Source of the DNA: Patescibacteria group bacterium
Lineage (GTDB): Bacteria; Patescibacteriota; Patescibacteriia; UBA10025; JAHIVO01
Reading direction: 5' to 3'
Assembly (NCBI GenBank): GCA_049325535.1
Contig: JBMOKY010000001.1
Coordinates: forward strand, 813,942-877,941
DNA: 64,000 nt
In this document: positions 18,021 to 27,600 of the stretch, in pieces
Position numbering within the stretch: position 1 is the first letter of the stretch
How the letters are laid out: the number at the start of each line of letters is the position of its first letter
The notes under the pieces: generated by a model
Databases searched by the model: none
Told to the model about the DNA's origin: nothing
What the model saw: the letters and a program-made list of their open reading frames with translations, nothing else
Translations under genes and position numbers: made by a program

Positions 18021-18560
18021 TTAATACAGCGCGTATTCCCACCCTGGTTGCCACTGCCCGCTCCGGCGCCAGTCTGACTGAATCGCCTCGGGCCAGGATT
18101 TTTTGTTGCATAGAACTTCGAGCGCCAGTTGCGGCGCCTGATGTGCAACTATCGCCACGCGCTTGCCGTCATACCGAACTTTGAGAAATGCCAGTACATC
18201 TGCGACACGCCGCTCGACATCGTGATAACTTTCGCCGTTGGGGAATCCGGTGCTGATGTACCGCTCTAAATCATGTTTGAAGTGGTCGGGCTGGCCGTTC
18301 CACTTCCCATAGTTTGCTTCGCGCAACCGCTTGTCCTGAATTATGTCATAGCGTCCACCAAACGCCAGCCGGGCAGAGTCAACCGCCCGTCTCAAATCAG
18401 AACAGAATACCGCGTCAAACTGCTTACCCTTCGCCATCTCGCCTAATATTCGAGCCTGCTCAACACCGAGTTGCGAAAGCTCGCCAGGCAACCAACCGGT
18501 GGCAATCCCGGCTTCATTATCAGTCGTGGTGCCGTGAACGAAGTAGGTAAGGTGAATCAT
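18021..18560 (-). CDS. Histidine phosphatase family protein (phosphoglycerate mutase-like)
   Basis: N-terminal LTYFVHGTTTDNE (the RHG-type catalytic His motif context). 179 aa. 4-nt overlap with the upstream Nudix gene. Confidence 0.6.
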   Translation of the reverse strand: MIHLTYFVHGTTTDNEAGIATGWLPGELSQLGVEQARILGEMAKGKQFDAVFCSDLRRAVDSARLAFGGRYDIIQDKRLREANYGKWNGQPDHFKHDLERYISTGFPNGESYHDVERRVADVLAFLKVRYDGKRVAIVAHQAPQLALEVLCNKKSWPEAIQSDWRRSGQWQPGWEYALY

Positions 18561-19468
18561 ATCTGTCGACGCTCCTTGGCCATTTCTTTCTCGACCGCGG
18601 CTAATACCTGAGGTAAATCCTTATACACAAAAGAGGTGAACTGCGCTTTATCCTCCTCGCGCAGGCCACGCAACTTCTCCATCGGCCACCATTCGAGGCA
18701 CGTTGCCTTGCCATCTTCGAGCCGCAGCGTATCCGTGCCCTCTCGAAATCGATACAGATACATACAGCGAAATGCATAATTAATCATTCCATTCTTTTGC
18801 TGATTGCTCTGGCGCTTATTTTTATACATGAAAAATAAATCCTCCGGCTGGACCCGTATCCCCGTCTCCTCTTCCATTTCCATAATCGCCGCGCCAAGGT
18901 ATGTCTGGCCGGCGCTCACATGGCCACCCACCGATGTGTCCAGCTTGCCCGGTGCAATATCTTTATCCGGGGCTCGCCGCTGAAGCAGGATATCCCCCTT
19001 CGCATTATAGATAAACACCCCAACCTCCCGGTGGAGCTCGGCATTCATGTGAATTGCATGACGGTCTCCTTGCCCGATGACATGGTCATGCTCATCCACA
19101 ATATCGAGCCGCTCGGAGCTGCCTGATGATCGAGGAAATTTCAAAACCACAACCATGAGGAATACGCCAACCGCCGGCACCAGATACACCAAATCAAACC
19201 AACCCACCTGGTCAGTGATGGTAGTAATGACATTAAACCCGGCAACCACCAGCGCACCCCACCATGCCCAGCGCCGTCCTCGGCCCAAAAAATACGCCAA
19301 CGTGCCGATGAGCAGTGCATTGACCAATCCAACTGCGCTGTATAGGTAGCGGTAATCGGATCCCTGCCAGAGCCACCACGCTGACCAGCCGATCCATAAA
19401 ACAGACACGACATACATCGCCCACAGGGTCACGCGAATTCGTCGAGATGGCGTCTCTTTCATAAAAAC
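18557..19468 (-). CDS. Nudix hydrolase fused to an N-terminal multi-TM domain
   Basis: Nudix box GGHVSAGQTYLGAAIMEMEEETGI. About 120 N-terminal aa form 3-4 TM helices. Start taken at the internal ATG (19468) to avoid overlap with the upstream gene; the ORF track opens at 19492. Confidence 0.6.
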   Translation of the reverse strand, partial: VFMKETPSRRIRVTLWAMYVVSVLWIGWSAWWLWQGSDYRYLYSAVGLVNALLIGTLAYFLGRGRRWAWWGALVVAGFNVITTITDQVGWFDLVYLVPAVGVFLMVVVLKFPRSSGSSERLDIVDEHDHVIGQGDRHAIHMNAELHREVGVFIYNAKGDILLQRRAPDKDIAPGKLDTSVGGHVSAGQTYLGAAIMEMEEETGIRVQPEDLFFMYKNKRQSNQQKNGMINYAFRCMYLYRFREGTDTLRLEDGKATCLEWWPMEKLRGLREEDKAQFTSFVYKDLPQVLAAVEKEMAKERRQI

Positions 19469-19472
19469 CATG

Positions 19473-20084
19473 TTAATGCTCGTTTGAGGCAATCACCGAT
19501 CGTTTGTTTACAAAAAATCCATAATACACCGCAGTGAAATTGAGTACCATGTGCGCTGCTGAAGCGACGATCAAATTGGGGAATACGGAATATAGGGCGC
19601 TGAAACCAAGCCCCGCTACCAGTGCCAGCGGCAGATGCACTCGCCAGTTTCCATAGATGCTATGCATGATGGCAAAAAGAACGGCATTGATGATGACGGC
19701 CGCCCAGACGACGTCAGTCAGCTCAATCAACTGGCGCAGAGAAAATGACATGAACACGTACTGCTGGCCGATGCTGATGGGGATGAACCAATATCGAAAA
19801 TGCGTGTCCTGACGCCAGTCGGTATGGGGCGCCTGACCCAATACCATCGACAGCCAACGCAAAAAAACGCACCCCGTCACCGCAAATATCCCATAGGCCA
19901 ACAGTGTGGCGACTATATAGTCGGTATGGATGCCGATATCGGCCAGGGTGGTGCGTCGAATGAAAAAAACACCGCTGATAGCCAGTACCACCCCGGTAAG
20001 TAGATACCACCGCCACCGAGCGCGGATCATGCCGGAAGTAATCAATGCCAGCGGTAGGATTATCATAAAAACGAATTCGACCAT
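19473..20084 (-). CDS. CPBP-family intramembrane metalloprotease (CAAX protease-like)
   Basis: FxxxH (AVLFAIMHS) and HxxxN (AAHMVLNF) motifs in TM helices. Start taken at MVEFVFMII (20084), adjacent to the upstream stop; the ORF track opens at 20162. Confidence 0.6.
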   Translation of the reverse strand: MVEFVFMIILPLALITSGMIRARWRWYLLTGVVLAISGVFFIRRTTLADIGIHTDYIVATLLAYGIFAVTGCVFLRWLSMVLGQAPHTDWRQDTHFRYWFIPISIGQQYVFMSFSLRQLIELTDVVWAAVIINAVLFAIMHSIYGNWRVHLPLALVAGLGFSALYSVFPNLIVASAAHMVLNFTAVYYGFFVNKRSVIASNEH

Positions 20085-20085
20085 A

Positions 20086-21036
20086 CTACTTATAATACAC
20101 CATTTCAAAGTAACTTGTGGTTGGCGCTGCGGTAGTACCGGCCAGGATGCCGGAATTGGCATGGTGCAGTACGGTATACCCGGTTATTCCTCGCTGAGAC
20201 AGCCAGAAGAGCAGCAGTGCTATCGAGGGCGGCGAATCCAGGTAATCATTGAAGCGCGCGCCAAACGACAAAATAGTCTGGTAGTCGAGCGTCTCCAGAG
20301 CGGCCCGTGTCACATGGTCATGCGCCTCAGCTTCTGGCACTGACAGGTAATGGGAAAAATCGACGGCCGCCACGACTACGGTTTGATCATCGAAGTGCTG
20401 ATCCAGCAGCGCCACCAGCCGCTGCAGCTCCGGCAGCCGCAATTCCGCTTTCAGAATAACCGGTACGACGGTCGTTCCGGGCAAGTAATGACCAATAAAT
20501 GGCATGATGGCTGATACCGAATGCTCATTGACCGCTACGTGATCATTGGCCAAGGCATATCCCCCGTCAACCAGCGCCTGAACCAATCCTTGATCGGCTT
20601 CGACGAGCCCATTTGCCGTTTTCCAGGAAGCGGCCGTGGTCTGCACCAAACCGCTGCCGACCTCGTGGTGATTCGGTCCGATCAGAATGATACGCTGGGG
20701 CTGCTGCGACTGCAACCCCTGAAAAAAATGGGCGATATACTCCCCGCGGGTAAAATCATGGGGGATAATGGCACCCAGTACTTTTTTTTCCGGAAACGCC
20801 GGCCCGAGCTGAATCGCCCGCTCTACCGAACGCTGGAACTGATTTGGGTAGTAGTACGGCGTTTCCAGAATGCGTACTGATTGCGGTCTGTTCATCTTCG
20901 GATTACCAGCATCAACCGTACTGATGATGGTACTGCTGATGGCGACGATGCCCGGCAGGGCGATGGCCAGCACCACGATGAAGTGCCAGCGTTTCAGTGT
21001 GCGGCTATTCGATGGTGACGCTGGTGGATGTGCCAT
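20086..21036 (-). CDS. MEMO1-family (UPF0103) protein with N-terminal signal anchor
   Basis: AIIPHDFTRGEYIAHFF and ILIGPNHH motifs resemble the MEMO1/AmmeMemoRadiSam protein B family. 316 aa. Confidence 0.45.
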   Translation of the reverse strand: MAHPPASPSNSRTLKRWHFIVVLAIALPGIVAISSTIISTVDAGNPKMNRPQSVRILETPYYYPNQFQRSVERAIQLGPAFPEKKVLGAIIPHDFTRGEYIAHFFQGLQSQQPQRIILIGPNHHEVGSGLVQTTAASWKTANGLVEADQGLVQALVDGGYALANDHVAVNEHSVSAIMPFIGHYLPGTTVVPVILKAELRLPELQRLVALLDQHFDDQTVVVAAVDFSHYLSVPEAEAHDHVTRAALETLDYQTILSFGARFNDYLDSPPSIALLLFWLSQRGITGYTVLHHANSGILAGTTAAPTTSYFEMVYYK

Positions 21037-24000
21037 AATTCACACTGGAGCGCACCACGAATCCCTGCACCACCGGCGCATCGGCAGTAAAGGTACCCTT
21101 GCCAGTCACCAGGGCGTAGTAATAAAACTCCTGGGACGTCCGGCCGGTCCAAAATTTTACCGCCTGACCATTGACCTCGTAGGGATACCGGTACAACTGT
21201 TCATACGGTACATTTCGAGAAGAAAGATTGGACAGCAGTTTCAAACCGGCCGGCAGATAATCGGTCACCTGATACTCCGTATCCAGAGCACCGCTGCTGA
21301 TTGACGGTTTCAGTGTCACCCGGACGATATCATTTGCCCGGAATATCGTCGTTGGTTGACCATTGACGGTGTACTCCCGCGTGATGCTCAGATTCGCATC
21401 AGTGAGCGCCGATGCAGGGTCGACCGGCTGTTGGTAGGAGCTTATCACTCCGACTTCGCCCTCGATACCGCTGAACGTGATGGCCGAGAGCTGTTCTGGG
21501 GTTACTGACAGTGCATAGGTATCTGCATCTTCCAGAATAACTGATTTTGTCTCCCCATCAAGCGTATAGCTGAAACGTACCGGATCTCCGCTCAAAAGCG
21601 GTACTGCCGTCTGAATATACGCCAGCTGATCGATCGTATGCAGCGTCAGATTAGCCGGATGCGCCAGCGCGTATTGATACAGTTTTGGAGCCTCTTCCGA
21701 GGACACTGCCGCAGCGAGCACGGCCGCCTGGTACGTATACTCAGTATAGTCATCCTGGGTAGTGCCGAGCTGGACTTCGATATACGGATCAGCAGCATGG
21801 CCGTGCTCATTCAAGACCTCTTGCAGCAGGGTAGCGGCATACTCGGAAGCACCGAGCTGAGCCACCGCCCGTGCCAGATACAGCTTCAGCTCTGCGGAAA
21901 CATCGTGGTGTGCCATGAAAATATTGATATCAGTCAGTACGGGCTCACCGAGATTTGCCAATCCCAGCAAAGCATAGACAATCTCATCGGTGTTACTCTG
22001 GCGGTTATTGAGCACGCTGTAGAAATAATCACGGCCGGCAATCGCATCAAACAACCCAGGTGCCACTCCAAATGTCTTCGCGGTGGTCAATAACTCAGCC
22101 GATGAATAGGGCAAGAGGGATATGCCACCCTCAGGCAATTGGTAATCGGTAAAGGTGATGGCCGGAAGCGTGCCGTCTTCGCCGAAATACTCATTCAGCA
22201 GCGATTGAGCCTGATACCGTCCGAGCTGTTGCTCAATCCGGTCGCCGTACGACCAGATCAGCGCCTGCAGATCACGGTAAAACTGGCCCCGTTCGAGATT
22301 GGTAAAGACCAGGGATGTGCGGCGGTCCGCGCTACCGGAGAGCGGGGCGGCTGGTTCCAGCCGATAATACTGCGTCGTACCGACGGTGATATGGGAATCA
22401 TGGTACTGCATGGTTTTGATCACAGCATCGGTAGAGCTCCCCTGTTTTCCTTCCACGCGGATCTGATGGGTGCCCGCCGGAAAATCCGGGAGTCCCACCG
22501 CCACGGTGTCCTGGGCACCCGCTGAACGGGTAATCACATCCTCAGAGAATCCGGGAAACGTGATGGTATAGGTCACCGCCGTATCTGGATCGACCGCCCG
22601 ACCGAAACTCCGCAGCAGCACCTGTGGCGCGTCCCCCACCACATAGTCCCCGGCTACCGCCACGTCCACGAAATACGGCTGAGTGGCGATGAGTGCGGTT
22701 TGCGCGGCTTGTGCCTGCAGATCCTTGGTCAACGCATGTACGGTAGTCTGCCAGGACGTAATATTGTCCGGCAGCTTAAACGTAACCGAGGCGTTTCCGG
22801 ATCGGTCAGTGGTGGTGCTGCCGAAATACGCGATGTCCTGAAAATTCTGGCGGCCACCACCCTTTTCATTGTGTACGTAGATGCCGTCCGCGATGAAAGT
22901 ATGGTACGGTTCGGTAGTCAGATTGTATACGTCAATCTGATGATACTGACGGATAATCGAATGAATCACCACGCGACTGCCCTGCTGGTCGATGAGCCAG
23001 TCTCCGACCCGTGCGCTGCCGATCGTCTGCCACGACCCATTCAGCAAAACGACATGTTCCGGCGTGACGCGCAGGGAACCATTGATCACCAGATATTCCG
23101 CCACGCGGTGCTCAAATGTATTGGTGACGGTGGCACTGACCAGTTCATCGCTCCCGACCGCCGGATGCGTGGCCACTGAATCACCGATCCGAATCTCCCC
23201 AATGTGTTTGGTCGTGCCATCTGCCATGAGGATGGTGGTATCGCCGCTGAAACAGCCTCCCCCCTCGGCCATGGCATTCAGCTCTGCTTTATGCGTCTGG
23301 TATGAATACACAATCGGTGATGGTAAATACTGATACAGCGTACTCAACACCTCTGCAGGATTTGCCCACTGGATGGCGGTCAGCGCCTCGTCGATGGCGG
23401 ACACATTGACCGTCGCGGTCACGGGATTATTGGCAGAGTCAGTCACATGAATATCCAGAGTCACATCTTCACCCGGACGATACGCCGGCTGATCCGGCGA
23501 CAACTGAATCTGCAGAGCTTTCAGACTCCGATCATAGTTCAGTTGTAGACCGTCAGTCAGGGCATACCCCCGACCGTCAAAATAGAGTCCATATACGTAG
23601 ATATTTGGGGCATAGCTCTCCCGAAACGTAAATGACATGCCCGGCTGATTGGTAGGATAGAGGTCAAACAGGTTGGTCTGACCTTTGAAGAAGAGGATGT
23701 TTTTTTCCTGAGTGGCACCGACTATTTCATCATTCCGGTACAGAGATACCGCCACATTATCTCCGGGTCGAAAATCGCCTATGCCGCTCTCGTCCTGAGC
23801 GTCCACGGCCACATGATACTGGACAAATCCCTGCGAAGCCGCCCAGTAGTCCCATGACCCCTGGTATAAGTACGAGGTCGAGGTGGCCTCCCGGCCATCA
23901 GGATCGGTGACGCGGACTTCGATACGATAATTCTGATCAGCTGCCGGCTGAAAACCGGCAGTATAGGCACCGTCAGTGTTGGTTACTGCCGAGAGGGTGG

Positions 24001-26440
24001 CAATTTCATCCGAGTGTGACTGATAATCATAAGTTTTATACGTTTTTTTGCTGATGATGTCATAGCGTGTACCGGTTTCCGTCTTGGTATAGTATTCGTG
24101 GAATACCGTCATGGCTATAGCGGCATTAGGAATAGGATCGCCCTCATATTCCCAAGAAAATTCATCAGCAGCGGCATTGATCGTTTCTAAATCAATCGCA
24201 TGTACCGAGCCCGATACAAAGCCTTCCTGGTTCACGCTACTATCCACGGTATAGCGAGGACCAAATGAATAAATGTACGCATCGGTATAGATGCCGGACA
24301 ATTCGGCATTGGTCGGATGCACGGAGAAATATTCATACTCCGGATAATACCCCCCGCTGTAGCTCGTGCCCAGCACTACCCGTGCCGTGCCATCCGCATC
24401 GGTCGTCACTGTGCCGGTGCCCAGCGCTCCCGTATACTGCAGCTCCAGATTACCCACCGGCGTCCCATCATAAAACATGGCGGTGATGTCAAAGATAGCG
24501 TCTTCCCCTTCGAATATCGCTTTCTTTGGCGTCGACACTTCAATTTTATACGCAGGCTTCGTATAGGTGGCCACCTCCACATACTGTGACAGTATTTCAG
24601 TGCCGTCTACGGTGACACCCAAACGATAACTGCCCGGATTGAGGTGACGATAGTCGATCGACCCCTCATACGTCCCGTAGTCAGACACCGGTACTTCCTG
24701 AGTAGCGATGATTTCATCCTCCATCGACGTGTAATAATTGGCACTTTTCGTAAACGTGATGGTCGCCGCCTGTGGCCCGCGAACATCCGCCCGGGGGCGG
24801 ATGACCCCCCAAAACTTCACGCTGTCGTCCGGCGAGTAGAGTGTCCGATTGGTATACAGATACGTCCAGTAGTCCCGCGAAGCATTATTCATGAACCCAT
24901 TAAACTCATAGTGCGGAATCACAGGCACCAGTAGGTCGCCACGCTCGGTATGGACGGTAAAAAAACTGGCGGCGAGTGGTGCGTCGGATGACCGGTCAGC
25001 GATGTCCGATGGCGTAGCAAAAGAAGCTAAGCCGTCACGGTCAGTCTCCGCGCTGAATGCCGCATCGCCGGAATATCCGATCGAGGCGTCACTGACCGGC
25101 GCCTGCGTACCGAGATCATGTACCCAGATAAACGAATTGTCGGGGCTGGATTGATAGCTGGCGGTCAGCTGCCCCACCTGCAGAAATGCCTGGGCTTTTG
25201 TGTCGCCATAGGGTACCTGAACCAGATAGTACCCGGCCGGCAGAGCTTCCGGGAATTCAATGTATTGGAAATAATCAGATGATTTCTTTTCCGCGTCAAA
25301 AGTTGCCTGGAGCGTCAGTGAATCCGTGGCATACGGATGCGTACGCCAGGCATACGCCGCCCAATACGGCAAGCTGGCGAACGACTGTACGGCATCGGTA
25401 AATTCGCGGAATGAAGTAAATGCATATACCTGAACCGGAATGGCGGTCAGCCCGGAATTATATTCACTCACGGTCATGACCGGCGCTTCAGAAGACGGAT
25501 ACTCAAAAAATTCCTTAGTAAAATCAAAATACCCATACGACTCTTGAGATTGATCAGTTTCGAACTGAAACTGGTAATCAGCAACCAGGGTGTCGTCGCT
25601 CCCGTCCAATGGCAGTCCGGCCCGTACCGTGACAGTGTAGACGGTCATGGGTGCCAAGCTATCGGGCACAAATACCAGCGTTTTGCGGTATTGCTCAAAA
25701 CGCCCACTCACCGCCGGCGAGATGGATACATACTGCTCATACTCCCGGAAATTTTCATGGGAAAAAGTAATCTCGATGCCAGAGTCACGCGGCACGGTGG
25801 TTGCCTGATCCCGCGGCACGGTGGACATTACTTTAAACGTGTCCTTGGTCTGATAGGCCCACTGATACTCACGTTTCTGTTCATCCCCAACCGTCTGTGC
25901 GACCATGCTGAATTGATAAATTGTACCATCGTCCAGCGGTTGACTCGGGGTAATGGTAAACGTATTTGTATCAGAAGAATGCACCGCGTAGGCAATGGCG
26001 GGCTCGATCTGCAAATTACCCTCCACGGTGGCTACGTCAATTGGCAGTGAGCTGGTCAAGGTAAATGAGGTGGCGGTATCCACGCCCAGAATATCTCCTG
26101 AATCCGCCGACAGCTTCAGCTGCACGTCCGCATCAGTGAGAATGACCGGGATAGTCCGGGTATCCGAAATCGACTCGGGCCCAAACCAGACATACCCAAA
26201 CAATCCACAGGCGACCAGGGCGGCGAGCGAGGATAGAACGATTAATGACCGTTTCATAGACATGGGAATAAATGATAAAAATGCTGGCTGGTCAATCTCC
26301 TGCGGCGATTGACGACGTTGCATTTCCGACGCGGCGATCAGGCGCGCCCTGATCCGTCGGCTGGCTGCATCGTCCATCGTCGGCGGGGTGCCATGATGTA
26401 ACAGCCGTTTGACACTATGGATATCGAAAGGGGTTTTCAT
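21005..26440 (-). CDS. Giant (1811 aa) membrane-anchored MG-domain/alpha-2-macroglobulin-like surface protein containing an internal Hint domain
   Basis: Cytoplasmic N-terminus of about 65 aa, then a TM helix (LIVLSSLAALVACGLFGYVWF), then a long array of Ig/MG-like segments. A2M-domain-like LPDNITSWQTTVHA motif is present. A TED-like helical region (LLGLANLG...) lacks the GCGEQ thioester. A Hint domain lies at residues 1063-1191. The start overlaps the ECF sigma stop (ATGA). Confidence 0.7.
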   Translation of the reverse strand: MKTPFDIHSVKRLLHHGTPPTMDDAASRRIRARLIAASEMQRRQSPQEIDQPAFLSFIPMSMKRSLIVLSSLAALVACGLFGYVWFGPESISDTRTIPVILTDADVQLKLSADSGDILGVDTATSFTLTSSLPIDVATVEGNLQIEPAIAYAVHSSDTNTFTITPSQPLDDGTIYQFSMVAQTVGDEQKREYQWAYQTKDTFKVMSTVPRDQATTVPRDSGIEITFSHENFREYEQYVSISPAVSGRFEQYRKTLVFVPDSLAPMTVYTVTVRAGLPLDGSDDTLVADYQFQFETDQSQESYGYFDFTKEFFEYPSSEAPVMTVSEYNSGLTAIPVQVYAFTSFREFTDAVQSFASLPYWAAYAWRTHPYATDSLTLQATFDAEKKSSDYFQYIEFPEALPAGYYLVQVPYGDTKAQAFLQVGQLTASYQSSPDNSFIWVHDLGTQAPVSDASIGYSGDAAFSAETDRDGLASFATPSDIADRSSDAPLAASFFTVHTERGDLLVPVIPHYEFNGFMNNASRDYWTYLYTNRTLYSPDDSVKFWGVIRPRADVRGPQAATITFTKSANYYTSMEDEIIATQEVPVSDYGTYEGSIDYRHLNPGSYRLGVTVDGTEILSQYVEVATYTKPAYKIEVSTPKKAIFEGEDAIFDITAMFYDGTPVGNLELQYTGALGTGTVTTDADGTARVVLGTSYSGGYYPEYEYFSVHPTNAELSGIYTDAYIYSFGPRYTVDSSVNQEGFVSGSVHAIDLETINAAADEFSWEYEGDPIPNAAIAMTVFHEYYTKTETGTRYDIISKKTYKTYDYQSHSDEIATLSAVTNTDGAYTAGFQPAADQNYRIEVRVTDPDGREATSTSYLYQGSWDYWAASQGFVQYHVAVDAQDESGIGDFRPGDNVAVSLYRNDEIVGATQEKNILFFKGQTNLFDLYPTNQPGMSFTFRESYAPNIYVYGLYFDGRGYALTDGLQLNYDRSLKALQIQLSPDQPAYRPGEDVTLDIHVTDSANNPVTATVNVSAIDEALTAIQWANPAEVLSTLYQYLPSPIVYSYQTHKAELNAMAEGGGCFSGDTTILMADGTTKHIGEIRIGDSVATHPAVGSDELVSATVTNTFEHRVAEYLVINGSLRVTPEHVVLLNGSWQTIGSARVGDWLIDQQGSRVVIHSIIRQYHQIDVYNLTTEPYHTFIADGIYVHNEKGGGRQNFQDIAYFGSTTTDRSGNASVTFKLPDNITSWQTTVHALTKDLQAQAAQTALIATQPYFVDVAVAGDYVVGDAPQVLLRSFGRAVDPDTAVTYTITFPGFSEDVITRSAGAQDTVAVGLPDFPAGTHQIRVEGKQGSSTDAVIKTMQYHDSHITVGTTQYYRLEPAAPLSGSADRRTSLVFTNLERGQFYRDLQALIWSYGDRIEQQLGRYQAQSLLNEYFGEDGTLPAITFTDYQLPEGGISLLPYSSAELLTTAKTFGVAPGLFDAIAGRDYFYSVLNNRQSNTDEIVYALLGLANLGEPVLTDINIFMAHHDVSAELKLYLARAVAQLGASEYAATLLQEVLNEHGHAADPYIEVQLGTTQDDYTEYTYQAAVLAAAVSSEEAPKLYQYALAHPANLTLHTIDQLAYIQTAVPLLSGDPVRFSYTLDGETKSVILEDADTYALSVTPEQLSAITFSGIEGEVGVISSYQQPVDPASALTDANLSITREYTVNGQPTTIFRANDIVRVTLKPSISSGALDTEYQVTDYLPAGLKLLSNLSSRNVPYEQLYRYPYEVNGQAVKFWTGRTSQEFYYYALVTGKGTFTADAPVVQGFVVRSSVNYGTSTSVTIE
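22868..23254 (-). other. Hint / bacterial intein-like (BIL) domain embedded in the giant protein
   Basis: 129 aa. Block A CFSGDTTILMADG has Cys1; block B is RVTPEHVV (TxxH); the C-terminus is YNLTTEPYHTFIADGIYVHN. The next residue is Glu, not C/S/T. The domain is flanked by GGG on both sides. Confidence 0.75.
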
Positions 26441-26994
26441 AAATCAGCGACGTTGAGTAATTGCTTAAGTTTTCGGATGCCTCGAAATTTAAGCACTCGG
26501 ACATGAACCATGGTGGTCTCCATCAGCGCCGCGATGTCCGCCGTATCCATATCCTCGAGACATGACAGCTGGATAACTCGGCGCATCTGATCGGGAAGTT
26601 GGACAATTGCCTGGCGGACCCTTTCGCTACGCGCGTCATATGTCAGTTCAGCCGGCTCAACGGCCACGGGCGAATGCCGGCCCACTACGATCTGATCCAG
26701 AGAAAGCGTCTCACCCCGCTGTCGATAATGATCGACAAGGCGATGGCGGGCTATTTGAAAGAGCCAGGCGGAAAAAGGAGTGGCAGTGCGGGCTACAAAG
26801 CGCGGCAAAGAACGGATCATTTCCAGGAATACCGTCTGGGTCAGGTCCTCGGCTGTTTCCCGGATGCCGACCCGATAGTAAAAGAAGCGGTATATTCGCT
26901 GATGAAATTCATCATATAGCCGCCCAACGCTCTCCGTATCGCCCGATTGAGCCTGGCGTACGATACCCAGAATATCCGCTTCATCAACCCCCAT
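26437..26994 (-). CDS. ECF (sigma-70 family group 4) RNA polymerase sigma factor
   Basis: Region 2 ETAEDLTQTVFLEMIRSLPRF and region 4 HTH DTADIAALMETTMVHVRVLKFRGIRKL. 185 aa. Confidence 0.8.
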   Translation of the reverse strand: MGVDEADILGIVRQAQSGDTESVGRLYDEFHQRIYRFFYYRVGIRETAEDLTQTVFLEMIRSLPRFVARTATPFSAWLFQIARHRLVDHYRQRGETLSLDQIVVGRHSPVAVEPAELTYDARSERVRQAIVQLPDQMRRVIQLSCLEDMDTADIAALMETTMVHVRVLKFRGIRKLKQLLNVADL

Positions 26995-27126
26995 ACTCTC
27001 TATATCGTATCAATCGATAAATCGTTACAGCTCCGCGCTTCCCATGATATGCGCAGTGCTGAAACGGTCGTGTACTCGATCAACGTAAGTATACTGCCAA
27101 ACCAGCGCCCACTTCAATCCGACCGA

Positions 27127-27600
27127 TCATTCACAATAGTATGAATCGAGCAGCGCCGGATCCAATACATCGGTGGTAGGGTGTACGATGATGCCGATGT
27201 CACACTGATCGAGAGTCTTGACCCCACAGACGCCCTGTAGATAACCCTCAGCGGTAAAAACGGCCTCCTCATTTGACGCTGGCTTACCCTGATAGATGCA
27301 GGCGGTATAACACTGACTTGATTCGATGCAGGGAATACCGACGTCATACGGCAGGCAGTACTCCACTCCACCAGGATACCGTGGCGAGGGATACGTCCTG
27401 ATCGTGCCGCCATCCAGCACACAACGTTCCCGTTGGTACGCACTCAACTCTCCGATCCCGACGCGCTCCTCTGGCACCACTTCCTCAGGACGCACCAACA
27501 GGGCGACAGCGACCGTCACGATGACAATCAAAAAACCAATCACCAGCCAGGGCCAGATGCGGTGTCGTTTGATTAGTGATGCTGAAGCGGAATGTCGCAT
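27127..27600 (-). CDS. Membrane-anchored Cys-rich extracytoplasmic protein, hypothetical
   Basis: 157 aa with an N-terminal TM helix and about 8 Cys in the C-terminal half. Confidence 0.45.
   Translation of the reverse strand: MRHSASASLIKRHRIWPWLVIGFLIVIVTVAVALLVRPEEVVPEERVGIGELSAYQRERCVLDGGTIRTYPSPRYPGGVEYCLPYDVGIPCIESSQCYTACIYQGKPASNEEAVFTAEGYLQGVCGVKTLDQCDIGIIVHPTTDVLDPALLDSYYCE

Noticed and set aside
22868-23254. Classical intein interpretation of the Hint domain
   Set aside because: The residue following the terminal HN is Glu, not Cys/Ser/Thr. There is no homing endonuclease insert. The host protein is not a typical intein-bearing housekeeping enzyme. A BIL-type autoprocessing domain fits better.
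21638-26312. Numerous 60-170-aa ORFs inside and antisense to the giant gene
   Set aside because: All are embedded in the continuous 5.4-kb minus-strand ORF. That ORF has coherent domain content.
27114-27443. 109-aa minus-strand ORF
   Set aside because: It overlaps, in a different frame, the longer signal-anchored Cys-rich ORF 27127..27600, which has coherent topology.
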